From Eledone cirrhosa (Eukaryota), in contig OZ024740.1 in NCBI GenBank assembly GCA_964016885.1, positions 17,236,001 through 17,300,000 on the forward strand: a stretch of 64,000 nucleotides of DNA. Direction: 5' to 3'. Positions within the stretch are counted from its first letter, which is position 1. Every line of letters starts with the position of its first letter. Below, piece after piece: positions 24,501-39,500 of this stretch. A model generated the notes under the pieces. The model saw nothing but the letters and a program-made list of their open reading frames with translations. It ran no database searches and was not told where the DNA came from. A program made the position numbers and the translations under genes.

Positions 24501-27500
24501 GTAGGGTCCACTGTAATAGTGATAGATGTGTGTAGTGTAGGGTCCACTGTAATAGTGATAGATGTGTGTGGTGTGGGGTTCACTAATAGTGATAGATGTG
24601 GTGTAGGGTCCACTGTAATAGTGATAGATGTATGTAGTGTAGGGTCCACTGTAATAGTGATAGATGTATGTAGTGTAGGGTCCACTGTAATAGTGATAGA
24701 TGTGTGTGGTGTAGGGTCCACTGTAATAGTGATAGATGTATGTGGTGTAGGGTCCACTGTAATGGTGATAGATGTATGTGGTGTAGGGTCCACTGTAATA
24801 GTGATAGATGTGTGTGGTGTAGGGTCCACTGTAATAGTGATAGATGTGTGTAGTGTAGGGTCCACTGTAATAGTGATAGATGTGTGTAGTGTAGGGTCCA
24901 CTGTAATAGTGATAGATGTGTGTGGTGTAGGGTCCACTGTAATAGTGATAGATGTGTGTAGTGTAGGGTCCACTGTAATAGTGATAGATGTATGTGGTGT
25001 AGGGTCCACTGTAATAGTGATAGATGTGTGTAGTGTAGGGTCCACTGTAATAGTGATAGATGTGTGTGGTGTAGGGTCCACTGTAATAGTGATAGATGTA
25101 TGTAGTGTAGGGTCCACTGTAATAGTGATAGATGTATGTGGTGTAGGGTCCACTGTAATAGTGATAGATGTGGTGTAGGGTCCACTGTAATAGTGATAGA
25201 TGTGTGTGTTGTAGGGTCCACTGTAATAGTAATAGATGTGTGTAGTGTAGGGTCCACTGTAATAGTAATAGATGTGTGTAGTGTAGGGTCCACTGTAATA
25301 GTGATAGATGTGTGTGGTGTAGGGTCCACTGTAATTGTGATAGATGTGTGTGATGTAGGGTCCACTGTAATAGTGATAGATGTATGTGGTGTAGGGTCCA
25401 CTGTAATAGTGATAGATGTGTAGTGTAGGGTCCACTGTAATAGTGATAGATGTATGTAGTGTAGGGTCCACTGTAATAGTGATAGATGTGGTGTAGGGTC
25501 CACTGTAATAGTGATAGATGTGTGTGGTGTAGGGTCCACTGTAATAGTGATAGATGTGTGTGGTGTAGGGTCCACTGTAATAGTGATAGATGTATGTGGT
25601 GTAGGGTCCACTGTAATAGTGATAGATGTATGTGGTGTAGGGTCCACTGTAATAGTGATAGATGTATGTAGTGTAGGGTCCACTGTAATAGTGATATATG
25701 AATGTAGTGTAGGGGCCACTGTAATGGTGATAGATGTGTGTGGTGTAGGGTCCACTGTAATAGTGATAAATGTATGTGGTGTAGGGTCCACTGTAATAGT
25801 GATATATGTATGTAGTGTAGGGTCCACTGTAATAGTGATAGATGTGTGTGGTGTAGGGTCCACTGTAATAGTGATAAATGTATGTGGTGTAGGGTCCACT
25901 GTAATAGTGATAGATGTATGTGGTGTAGGGTCCACTGTAATAGTGATAGATGTGTGTGGTGTAGGGTCCACTGTAATTGTGATAAATGTGTGTGGTGTAG
26001 GGTCCACTGTAAAAGTGATATATGTATGTAGTGTAGGGTCCACTGTAATAGTGATAAATGTATGTGGTGTAGGGTCCACTGTAATAGTGATATATGTATG
26101 TAGTGTAGGGGCCACTGTTATAGTGATAGATGTGTGTGGTGTAGGGTCCACTGTAATAGTGATATATGAATGTAGTGTAGGGGCCACTGTAATAGTGATA
26201 GATGTATGTGGTGTAGGGTCCACTGTAATAGTGATAGATGTGTGTGGTGTAGGGTCCACTGTAATAGTGATAGATGTGTGTAGTGTAGGGTCCACTGTAA
26301 TAGTGATAGATGTGTGTGGTGTAGGGTCCACTGTAATAGTGATAGATGTGTGTAGTGTAGGGTCCACTGTAATAGTTATAGATGTATGTAGTGTAGGGTC
26401 CACTGTAATAGTGATAGATGTGTGTGGTGTAGGGTCCACTGTAATAGTGATAGATGTGTGTAGTGTAGGGTCCACTGTAATGGTGATAGATGTGTGTGGT
26501 GTAGGGTCCACTGTAATAGTGATAGATGTATGTGGTGTAGGGTCCACTGTAATAGTGATAGATGTGTGTGGTGTAGGGTCCACTGTAATAGTGATAGATG
26601 TATGTGGTGTAGGGTCCACTGTAATAGTGATAGATGTATGTGGTGTAGGGTCCACTGTAATAGTGATAGATGTGTGTGGTGTAGGGTCCACTGTAATAGT
26701 GATAAATGTATGTAGTGTAGGATCCACTGTAATAGTGATAGATGTATGTAGTGTAGGGTCCACTGTAATGGTGATAGATGTGTGTGGTGTAGGGTCCACT
26801 GTAATAGTGATAGATGTGGTGTGGGGTCCACTGTAATAGTGATAGATGTGTGTGGTGTAGGGTCCACTGTAATAGTGATAGATGTGGTGTAGGGTCCACT
26901 GTAATAGTGATAGATGTATGTGGTGTAGGGTCCACTGTAATAGTGATAGATGTGTGTAGTGTAGGGTCCACTGTAATAGTGATAGATGTATGTGGTGTGG
27001 GGTCCACTGTAATAGTGATAGATGTGTGTAGTGTAGGGTCCACTGTAATGGTGATAGATGTATGTGGTGTAGGGTCCACTGTAATGGTGATAGATGTATG
27101 TGGTGTAGGGTCCACTGTAATGGTGATAGATGTATGTGGTGTAGGGTCCACTGTAATAGTGATAGATGTGTGTAGTGTAGGGTCCACTGTAATAGTGATA
27201 GATGTGTGGTGTAGGGTCCACTGTAATAGTGATAGGTGTGTGTGGTGTAGGGTCCACTGTAATAGTGATAGATGTGTGTGGTGTAGGGTCCACTGTAATA
27301 GTGATAGATGTGTGTAGTGTAGGGTCCACTGTAATAGTGATAGATGTGTGTGGTGTGGGGTTCACTAATAGTGATAGATGTGGTGTAGGGTCCACTGTAA
27401 TAGTGATAGATGTATGTAGTGTAGGGTCCACTGTAATAGTGATAGATGTATGTAGTGTAGGGTCCACTGTAATAGTGATAGATGTGTGTGGTGTAGGGTC

Positions 27501-30500
27501 CACTGTAATAGTGATAGATGTATGTGGTGTAGGGTCCACTGTAATGGTGATAGATGTATGTGGTGTAGGGTCCACTGTAATAGTGATAGATGTGTGTGGT
27601 GTAGGGTCCACTGTAATAGTGATAGATGTGTGTAGTGTAGGGTCCACTGTAATAGTGATAGATGTGTGTAGTGTAGGGTCCACTGTAATAGTGATAGATG
27701 TGTGTGGTGTAGGGTCCACTGTAATAGTGATAGATGTGTGTAGTGTAGGGTCCACTGTAATAGTGATAGATGTATGTGGTGTAGGGTCCACTGTAATAGT
27801 GATAGATGTATGTGGTGTAGGGTCCACTGTAATAGTGATAGATGTGTGTAGTGTAGGGTCCACTGTAATAGTGATAGATGTGTGTGGTGTGGGGTCCACT
27901 GTAATAGTGATAGATGTGTGTGGTGTAGGGTCCACTGTAATAGTGATAGATGTGTGTAGTGTAGGGTCCACTGTAATAGTGATAGATGTGTGTGGTGTAG
28001 GGTCCACTGTAATAGTGATAGATGTGTGTAGTGTAGGGTCCACTGTAATAGTGATAGATGTGTGTGGTGTGGGGTCCACTGTAATAGTGATAGATGTGTG
28101 TAGTGTAGGGTCCACTGTAATAGTGATAGATGTGTGTGGTGTAGGGTCCACTGTAATAGTGATAGATGTGTGTAGTGTAGGGTCCACTGTAATAGTGATA
28201 GATGTGTGTGGTGTGGGGTCCACTGTAATAGTGATAGATGTGTGTGTTGTAGGGTCCACTGTAATAGTGATAGATGTGTGTAGTGTAGGGTCCACTGTAA
28301 TAGTAATAGATGTGTGTAGTGTAGGGTCCACTGTAATAGTGATAGATGTGTGTGGTGTAGGGTCCACTGTAATAGTGATAGATGTGTGTGGTGTAGGGTC
28401 CACTGTAATAGTGATAGATGTATGTAGTGTAGGGTCCACTGTAATAGTGATAGATGTGGTGTAGGGTCCACTGTAATAGTGATAGATGTGTGTGTTGTAG
28501 GGTCCACTGTAATAGTAATAGATGTGTGTAGTGTAGGGTCCACTGTAATAGTAATAGATGTGTGTAGTGTAGGGTCCACTGTAATAGTGATAGATGTGTG
28601 TGGTGTAGGGTCCACTGTAATTGTGATAGATGTGTGTGATGTAGGGTCCACTGTAATAGTGATAGATGTATGTGGTGTAGGGTCCACTGTAATAGTGATA
28701 GATGTGTAGTGTAGGGTCCACTGTAATAGTGATAGATGTATGTAGTGTAGGGTCCACTGTAATAGTGATAGATGTGGTGTAGGGTCCACTGTAATAGTGA
28801 TAGATGTGTGTGGTGTAGGGTCCACTGTAATAGTGATAGATGTATGTGGTGTAGGGTCCACTGTAATAGTGATAGATGTATGTGGTGTAGGGTCCACTGT
28901 AATAGTGATAGATGTATGTGGTGTAGGGTCCACTGTAATAGTGATAGATGTATGTGGTGTAGGGTCCACTGTAATAGTGATAGATGTGTGTAGTGTAGGG
29001 TCCACTGTAATAGTGATATATGTGTGTAGTGTAGGGTCCACTGTAATAGTGATAGATGTGTGTAGTGTAGGGTCCACTGTAATAGTGATAGATGTGTGTG
29101 GTGTAGGGTCCACTGTAATAGTGATAGATGTGTGTAGTGTAGGGTCCACTGTAATAGTGGTAGATGTGTGTGGTGTAGGGTCCACTGTAATAGTGATAGA
29201 TGTGTGTGGTGTAGGGTCCACTGTAATTGTGATAGATGTGTGTGGTGTAGGGTCCACTGTAATAGTGATAGATGTATGTGGTGTAGGGTCCACTGTAATA
29301 GTGATAGATGTGTAGTGTAGGGTCCACTGTAATAGTGATATATGTATGTGGTGTAGGGTCCACTGTAATAGTGATAGATGTATGTGGTGTAGGGTCCACT
29401 GTAATAGTGATAGATGTATGTGGTGTAGGGTCCACTGTAATAGTGATAGATGTGTGTGGTGTAGGGTCCACTGTAATAGTGATAGATGTATGTGGTGTAG
29501 GGTCCACTGTAATAGTGATAGATGTATGTGGTGTAGGGTCCACTGTAATAGTGATAGATGTGTGTGGTGTAGGGTCCACTGTAATAGTGATAGATGTATG
29601 TGGTGTAGGGTCCACTGTAATAGTGATAGATGTGTGTGGTATAGGGTCCACTGTAATAGTGATAGATGTGTGTGGTGTGGGGTCCATTGTAATAGTGATA
29701 GATGTGTGTGGTGTAGGGTCCACTGTAATAGTGATAGATGTATGTGGTGTAGGGTCCCCTGTAATAGTGATAGATGTGTAGTGTAGGGTCCACTGTAATA
29801 GTGATAGATGTGTGTGGTGTAGGGTCCACTGTAATAGTGATATATGTGGTGTAGGGTCCACTGTAATAGTGATAGATGTGTGTGTTGTAGGGTCCACTGT
29901 AATAGTGATAGATGTGTAGTGTAGGGTCCACTGTAATAGTGATAGATGTGTGTGGTGTAGGGTCCACTGTAATAGTGATAGATGTGTAGTGTAGGGTCCA
30001 CTGTAATAGTGATAGATGTGTGTGGTGTAGGGTCCACTGTAATAGTGATAGATGTGTGTGTTGTAGGGTCCACTGTAATAGTGATAGATGTGTGTAGTGT
30101 AGGGTCCACTGTAATAGTAATAGATGTGTGTAGTGTAGGGTCCACTGTAATAGTGATAGATGTGTGTGGTGTAGGGTCCACTGTAATAGTGATAGATGTG
30201 TGTGGTGTAGGGTCCACTGTAATTGTGATAGATGTGTGTGGTGTAGGGTCCACTGTAATAGTGATAGATGTATGTGGTGTAGGGTCCACTGTAATAGTGA
30301 TAGATGTGTAGTGTAGGGTCCACTGTAATAGTGATAGATGTATGTAGTGTAGGGTCCACTGTAATAGTGATAGATGTGGTGTAGGGTCCACTGTAATAGT
30401 GATAGATGTGTGTGGTGTAGGGTCCACTGTAATAGTGATAGATGTGTGTTGTGTAGGGTCCACTGTAATAGTGATAGATGTGTGTGGTGTAGGGTCCACT

Positions 30501-33500
30501 GTAATAGTGATAGATGTATGTGGTGTAGGGTCCACTGTAATAGTGATAGATGTATGTGGTGTAGGGTCCACTGTAATAGTGATAGATGTATGTGGTGTAG
30601 GGTCCACTGTAATAGTGATAGATGTGTGTAGTGTAGGGTCCACTGTAATAGTGATATATGTGTGTAGTGTAGGGTCCACTGTAATAGTGATAGATGTGTG
30701 TAGTGTAGGGTCCACTGTAATAGTGATAGATGTGTGTGGTGTAGGGTCCACTGTAATAGTGATAGATGTGTGTAGTGTAGGGTCCACTGTAATAGTGATA
30801 GATGTGTGTGGTGTAGGGTCCACTGTAATAGTGATAGATGTGTGTGGTGTAGGGTCCACTGTAATTGTGATAGATGTGTGTTGTGTAGGGTCCACTGTAA
30901 TAGTGATAGATGTATGTGGTGTAGGGTCCACTGTAATAGTGATAGATGTGTAGTGTAGGGTCCACTGTAATAGTGATAGATGTATGTGGTGTAGGGTCCA
31001 CTGTAATAGTGATAGATGTATGTGGTGTAGGGTCCACTGTAATAGTGATAGATGTATGTGGTGTAGGGTCCACTGTAATAGTGATAGATGTGTGTGGTGT
31101 AGGGTCCACTGTAATAGTGATAGATGTATGTGGTGTAGGGTCCACTGTAATAGTGATAGATGTATGTGGTGTAGGGTCCACTGTAATAGTGATAGATGTG
31201 TGTGGTGTAGGGTCCACTGTAATAGTGATAGATGTATGTGGTGTAGGGTCCACTGTAATAGTGATAGATGTGTGTGGTATAGGGTCCACTGTAATAGTGA
31301 TAGATGTATGTGGTGTAGGGTCCACTGTAATAGTGATAGATGTATGTGGTGTAGGGTCCACTGTAATAGTGATAGATGTGTGTGGTGTAGGGTCCACTGT
31401 AATAGTGATAGATGTATGTGGTGTAGGGTCCACTGTAATAGTGATAGATGTGTGTGCTATAGGGTCCACTGTAATAGTGATAGATGTGTGTGGTGTGGGG
31501 TCCATTGTAATAGTGATAGATGTATGTAGTGTAGGGTCCACTGTAATAGTGATAGATGTGTGTGGTGTAGGGTCCACTGTAATAGTGATACATGTATGTA
31601 GTGTAGGGTCCACTGTAATAGTGATAGATGTGTGTAGTGTAGGGTCCACTGTAATAGTGATAGATGTGTGTGGTGTAGGGTCCACTGTAATAGTGATAGA
31701 TGTGTGTAGTGTAGGGTCCACTGTAATAGTGATAGATGTGTGTGGTGTAGGGTCCACTGTAATAGTGATAGATGTATGTGGTGTAGGGTCCACTGTAATA
31801 GTGATAGATGTATGTGGTGTAGGGTCCACTGTAATAGTGATAGATGTATGTAGTGTAGGGTCCACTGTAATAGTGATAGATGTGTGTGGTGTAGGGTCCA
31901 CTGTAATAGTGATAGATGTGTGTGGTGTAGGGTCCACTGTAATAGTGATAGATGTATGTGGTGTAGGGTCCACTGTAATAGTGATAGATGTGTGTGGTGT
32001 AGGGTCCACTGTAATAGTGATAGATGTGTGTGGTGTAGGGTCCACTGTAATAGTGATAGATGTATGTAGTGTAGGGTCCACTGTAATAGTGATAGATGTA
32101 TGTAGTGTAGGGTCCACTGTAATAGTGATAGATGTGTGTGGATTTGGGTCCACTGTAATACTGATAGATCTGTGTGGTGTAGGGTCCACTGTAATAGTGA
32201 TAGATGTGTGTGGTGTAGGGTCCACTGTAATAGTGATAGATGTATGTGGTGTAGGGTCCACTGTAATAGTGATAGATGTATGTGGTGTAGGGTCCACTGT
32301 AATAGTGATAGATGTATGTGGTGTAGGGTCCACTGTAATAGTGATAGATGTATGTGGTGTAGGGTCCACTGTAATAGTGATAGATGTATGTGGTGTAGGG
32401 TCCACTGTAATAGTGATAGATGTATGTGGTGTAGGGTCCACTGTAATAGTGATAGATGTATGTAGTGTAGGGGCCACTGTAATAGTGATAGATGTGTGTG
32501 GTGTAGGGTCCACTGTAATAGTGATAGATGTGTGTGGTGTAGGGTCCACTGTAATAGTGATAGATGTGTGTAGTGTAGGGTCCACTGTAATAGTGATAGA
32601 TGTATGTAGTGTAGGGTCCACTGTAATAGTGATAGATGTGTGTGGTGTAGGGTCCACTGTAATAGTGATATATGTATGTAGTGTAGGCGCCACTGTAATA
32701 GTGATAGATGTATGTGGTGTAGGGTCCACTGTAATAGTGATAGATGTATGTAGTGTAGGGGCCACTGTAATAGTGATAGATGTGTGTAGTGTAGGGTCCA
32801 CTGTAATAGTGATAGATGTATGTAGTGTAGGGTCCACTGTAATAGTGATAGATGTGTGTAGTGTAGGGTCCACTGTAATAGTGATAGATGTGTGTGGTGT
32901 AGGGTCCACTGTAATAGTGATAGATGTATGTGGTGTAGGGTCCACTGTAATGGTGATAGATGTATGTGGTGTAGGGTCCACTGTAATAGTGATAGATGTG
33001 TGTGGTGTAGGGTCCACTGTAATAGTGATAGATGTGTGTAGTGTAGGGTCCACTGTAATAGTGATAGATGTGTGTAGTGTAGGGTCCACTGTAATAGTGA
33101 TAGATGTGTGTGGTGTAGGGTCCACTGTAATAGTGATAGATGTGTGTAGTGTAGGGTCCACTGTAATAGTGATAGATGTATGTGGTGTAGGGTCCACTGT
33201 AATAGTGATAGATGTGTGTAGTGTAGGGTCCACTGTAATAGTGATAGATGTGTGTGGTGTAGGGTCCACTGTAATAGTGATAGATGTGTGTAGTGTAGGG
33301 TCCACTGTAATAGTGATAGATGTGTGTGGTGTGGGGTCCACTGTAATAGTGATAGATGTGTGTGTTGTAGGGTCCACTGTAATAGTGATAGATGTGTGTA
33401 GTGTAGGGTCCACTGTAATAGTAATAGATGTGTGTAGTGTAGGGTCCACTGTAATAGTGATAGATGTGTGTGGTGTAGGGTCCACTGTAATAGTGATAGA

Positions 33501-36500
33501 TGTGTGTGGTGTAGGGTCCACTGTAATAGTGATAGATGTATGTAGTGTAGGGTCCACTGTAATAGTGATAGATGTGGTGTAGGGTCCACTGTAATAGTGA
33601 TAGATGTGTGTGTTGTAGGGTCCACTGTAATAGTAATAGATGTGTGTAGTGTAGGGTCCACTGTAATAGTAATAGATGTGTGTAGTGTAGGGTCCACTGT
33701 AATAGTGATAGATGTGTGTGGTGTAGGGTCCACTGTAATTGTGATAGATGTGTGTGATGTAGGGTCCACTGTAATAGTGATAGATGTATGTGGTGTAGGG
33801 TCCACTGTAATAGTGATAGATGTGTAGTGTAGGGTCCACTGTAATAGTGATAGATGTATGTAGTGTAGGGTCCACTGTAATAGTGATAGATGTGGTGTAG
33901 GGTCCACTGTAATAGTGATAGATGTGTGTGGTGTAGGGTCCACTGTAATAGTGATAGATGTATGTGGTGTAGGGTCCACTGTAATAGTGATAGATGTATG
34001 TGGTGTAGGGTCCACTGTAATAGTGATAGATGTATGTGGTGTAGGGTCCACTGTAATAGTGATAGATGTATGTGGTGTAGGGTCCACTGTAATAGTGATA
34101 GATGTGTGTAGTGTAGGGTCCACTGTAATAGTGATATATGTGTGTAGTGTAGGGTCCACTGTAATAGTGATAGATGTGTGTAGTGTAGGGTCCACTGTAA
34201 TAGTGATAGATGTGTGTGGTGTAGGGTCCACTGTAATAGTGATAGATGTGTGTAGTGTAGGGTCCACTGTAATAGTGGTAGATGTGTGTGGTGTAGGGTC
34301 CACTGTAATAGTGATAGATGTGTGTGGTGTAGGGTCCACTGTAATTGTGATAGATGTGTGTGGTGTAGGGTCCACTGTAATAGTGATAGATGTATGTGGT
34401 GTAGGGTCCACTGTAATAGTGATAGATGTGTAGTGTAGGGTCCACTGTAATAGTGATATATGTATGTGGTGTAGGGTCCACTGTAATAGTGATAGATGTA
34501 TGTGGTGTAGGGTCCACTGTAATAGTGATAGATGTATGTGGTGTAGGGTCCACTGTAATAGTGATAGATGTGTGTGGTGTAGGGTCCACTGTAATAGTGA
34601 TAGATGTATGTGGTGTAGGGTCCACTGTAATAGTGATAGATGTATGTGGTGTAGGGTCCACTGTAATAGTGATAGATGTGTGTGGTGTAGGGTCCACTGT
34701 AATAGTGATAGATGTATGTGGTGTAGGGTCCACTGTAATAGTGATAGATGTGTGTGGTATAGGGTCCACTGTAATAGTGATAGATGTGTGTGGTGTGGGG
34801 TCCATTGTAATAGTGATAGATGTGTGTGGTGTAGGGTCCACTGTAATAGTGATAGATGTATGTGGTGTAGGGTCCCCTGTAATAGTGATAGATGTGTAGT
34901 GTAGGGTCCACTGTAATAGTGATAGATGTGTGTGGTGTAGGGTCCACTGTAATAGTGATATATGTGGTGTAGGGTCCACTGTAATAGTGATAGATGTGTG
35001 TGTTGTAGGGTCCACTGTAATAGTGATAGATGTGTGTGGTGTGGGGTCCATTGTAATAGTGATAGATGTGTGTGGTGTAGGGTCCACTGTAATAGTGATA
35101 GATGTATGTGGTGTAGGGTCCACTGTAATAGTGATAGATGTGTGTGGTGTAGGGTCCACTGTAATAGTGATAGATGTGGTGTGGGGTCCACTGTAATAGT
35201 GATAGATGTGTGTGGTGTAGGGTCCACTGTAATAGTGATAGATGTGGTGTAGGGTCCACTGTAATAGTGATAGATGTATGTGGTGTAGGGTCCACTGTAA
35301 TAGTGATAGATGTGTGTAGTGTAGGGTCCACTGTAATAGTGATAGATGTATGTGGTGTGGGGTCCACTGTAATAGTGATAGATGTGTGTAGTGTAGGGTC
35401 CACTGTAATGGTGATAGATGTATGTGGTGTAGGGTCCACTGTAATGGTGATAGATGTATGTGGTGTAGGGTCCACTGTAATGGTGATAGATGTATGTGGT
35501 GTAGGGTCCACTGTAATAGTGATAGATGTGTGTAGTGTAGGGTCCACTGTAATAGTGATAGATGTGTGGTGTAGGGTCCACTGTAATAGTGATAGGTGTG
35601 TGTGGTGTAGGGTCCACTGTAATAGTGATAGATGTGTGTGGTGTAGGGTCCACTGTAATAGTGATAGATGTGTGTAGTGTAGGGTCCACTGTAATAGTGA
35701 TAGATGTGTGTGGTGTGGGGTTCACTAATAGTGATAGATGTGGTGTAGGGTCCACTGTAATAGTGATAGATGTATGTAGTGTAGGGTCCACTGTAATAGT
35801 GATAGATGTATGTAGTGTAGGGTCCACTGTAATAGTGATAGATGTGTGTGGTGTAGGGTCCACTGTAATAGTGATAGATGTATGTGGTGTAGGGTCCACT
35901 GTAATGGTGATAGATGTATGTGGTGTAGGGTCCACTGTAATAGTGATAGATGTGTGTGGTGTAGGGTCCACTGTAATAGTGATAGATGTGTGTAGTGTAG
36001 GGTCCACTGTAATAGTGATAGATGTGTGTAGTGTAGGGTCCACTGTAATAGTGATAGATGTGTGTGGTGTAGGGTCCACTGTAATAGTGATAGATGTGTG
36101 TAGTGTAGGGTCCACTGTAATAGTGATAGATGTATGTGGTGTAGGGTCCACTGTAATAGTGATAGATGTATGTGGTGTAGGGTCCACTGTAATAGTGATA
36201 GATGTGTGTAGTGTAGGGTCCACTGTAATAGTGATAGATGTGTGTGGTGTGGGGTCCACTGTAATAGTGATAGATGTGTGTGGTGTAGGGTCCACTGTAA
36301 TAGTGATAGATGTGTGTAGTGTAGGGTCCACTGTAATAGTGATAGATGTGTGTGGTGTAGGGTCCACTGTAATAGTGATAGATGTGTGTAGTGTAGGGTC
36401 CACTGTAATAGTGATAGATGTGTGTGGTGTGGGGTCCACTGTAATAGTGATAGATGTGTGTAGTGTAGGGTCCACTGTAATAGTGATAGATGTGTGTGGT

Positions 36501-39500
36501 GTAGGGTCCACTGTAATAGTGATAGATGTGTGTAGTGTAGGGTCCACTGTAATAGTGATAGATGTGTGTGGTGTGGGGTCCACTGTAATAGTGATAGATG
36601 TGTGTGTTGTAGGGTCCACTGTAATAGTGATAGATGTGTGTAGTGTAGGGTCCACTGTAATAGTAATAGATGTGTGTAGTGTAGGGTCCACTGTAATAGT
36701 GATAGATGTGTGTGGTGTAGGGTCCACTGTAATAGTGATAGATGTGTGTGGTGTAGGGTCCACTGTAATAGTGATAGATGTATGTAGTGTAGGGTCCACT
36801 GTAATAGTGATAGATGTGGTGTAGGGTCCACTGTAATAGTGATAGATGTGTGTGTTGTAGGGTCCACTGTAATAGTAATAGATGTGTGTAGTGTAGGGTC
36901 CACTGTAATAGTAATAGATGTGTGTAGTGTAGGGTCCACTGTAATAGTGATAGATGTGTGTGGTGTAGGGTCCACTGTAATTGTGATAGATGTGTGTGAT
37001 GTAGGGTCCACTGTAATAGTGATAGATGTATGTGGTGTAGGGTCCACTGTAATAGTGATAGATGTGTAGTGTAGGGTCCACTGTAATAGTGATAGATGTA
37101 TGTAGTGTAGGGTCCACTGTAATAGTGATAGATGTGGTGTAGGGTCCACTGTAATAGTGATAGATGTGTGTGGTGTAGGGTCCACTGTAATAGTGATAGA
37201 TGTATGTGGTGTAGGGTCCACTGTAATAGTGATAGATGTATGTGGTGTAGGGTCCACTGTAATAGTGATAGATGTATGTGGTGTAGGGTCCACTGTAATA
37301 GTGATAGATGTATGTGGTGTAGGGTCCACTGTAATAGTGATAGATGTGTGTAGTGTAGGGTCCACTGTAATAGTGATATATGTGTGTAGTGTAGGGTCCA
37401 CTGTAATAGTGATAGATGTGTGTAGTGTAGGGTCCACTGTAATAGTGATAGATGTGTGTGGTGTAGGGTCCACTGTAATAGTGATAGATGTGTGTAGTGT
37501 AGGGTCCACTGTAATAGTGGTAGATGTGTGTGGTGTAGGGTCCACTGTAATAGTGATAGATGTGTGTGGTGTAGGGTCCACTGTAATTGTGATAGATGTG
37601 TGTGGTGTAGGGTCCACTGTAATAGTGATAGATGTATGTGGTGTAGGGTCCACTGTAATAGTGATAGATGTGTAGTGTAGGGTCCACTGTAATAGTGATA
37701 TATGTATGTGGTGTAGGGTCCACTGTAATAGTGATAGATGTGTGTGTTGTAGGGTCCACTGTAATAGTGATAGATGTGTAGTGTAGGGTCCACTGTAATA
37801 GTGATAGATGTGTGTGGTGTAGGGTCCACTGTAATAGTGATAGATGTGTAGTGTAGGGTCCACTGTAATAGTGATAGATGTGTGTGGTGTAGGGTCCACT
37901 GTAATAGTGATAGATGTGTGTGTTGTAGGGTCCACTGTAATAGTGATAGATGTGTGTAGTGTAGGGTCCACTGTAATAGTAATAGATGTGTGTAGTGTAG
38001 GGTCCACTGTAATAGTGATAGATGTGTGTGGTGTAGGGTCCACTGTAATAGTGATAGATGTGTGTGGTGTAGGGTCCACTGTAATTGTGATAGATGTGTG
38101 TGGTGTAGGGTCCACTGTAATAGTGATAGATGTATGTGGTGTAGGGTCCACTGTAATAGTGATAGATGTGTAGTGTAGGGTCCACTGTAATAGTGATAGA
38201 TGTATGTAGTGTAGGGTCCACTGTAATAGTGATAGATGTGGTGTAGGGTCCACTGTAATAGTGATAGATGTGTGTGGTGTAGGGTCCACTGTAATAGTGA
38301 TAGATGTGTGTTGTGTAGGGTCCACTGTAATAGTGATAGATGTGTGTGGTGTAGGGTCCACTGTAATAGTGATAGATGTATGTGGTGTAGGGTCCACTGT
38401 AATAGTGATAGATGTATGTGGTGTAGGGTCCACTGTAATAGTGATAGATGTATGTGGTGTAGGGTCCACTGTAATAGTGATAGATGTGTGTAGTGTAGGG
38501 TCCACTGTAATAGTGATATATGTGTGTAGTGTAGGGTCCACTGTAATAGTGATAGATGTGTGTAGTGTAGGGTCCACTGTAATAGTGATAGATGTGTGTG
38601 GTGTAGGGTCCACTGTAATAGTGATAGATGTGTGTAGTGTAGGGTCCACTGTAATAGTGATAGATGTGTGTGGTGTAGGGTCCACTGTAATAGTGATAGA
38701 TGTGTGTGGTGTAGGGTCCACTGTAATTGTGATAGATGTGTGTTGTGTAGGGTCCACTGTAATAGTGATAGATGTATGTGGTGTAGGGTCCACTGTAATA
38801 GTGATAGATGTGTAGTGTAGGGTCCACTGTAATAGTGATAGATGTATGTGGTGTAGGGTCCACTGTAATAGTGATAGATGTATGTGGTGTAGGGTCCACT
38901 GTAATAGTGATAGATGTATGTGGTGTAGGGTCCACTGTAATAGTGATAGATGTGTGTGGTGTAGGGTCCACTGTAATAGTGATAGATGTATGTGGTGTAG
39001 GGTCCACTGTAATAGTGATAGATGTATGTGGTGTAGGGTCCACTGTAATAGTGATAGATGTGTGTGGTGTAGGGTCCACTGTAATAGTGATAGATGTATG
39101 TGGTGTAGGGTCCACTGTAATAGTGATAGATGTGTGTGGTATAGGGTCCACTGTAATAGTGATAGATGTATGTGGTGTAGGGTCCACTGTAATAGTGATA
39201 GATGTATGTGGTGTAGGGTCCACTGTAATAGTGATAGATGTGTGTGGTGTAGGGTCCACTGTAATAGTGATAGATGTATGTGGTGTAGGGTCCACTGTAA
39301 TAGTGATAGATGTGTGTGCTATAGGGTCCACTGTAATAGTGATAGATGTGTGTGGTGTGGGGTCCATTGTAATAGTGATAGATGTATGTAGTGTAGGGTC
39401 CACTGTAATAGTGATAGATGTGTGTGGTGTAGGGTCCACTGTAATAGTGATACATGTATGTAGTGTAGGGTCCACTGTAATAGTGATAGATGTGTGTAGT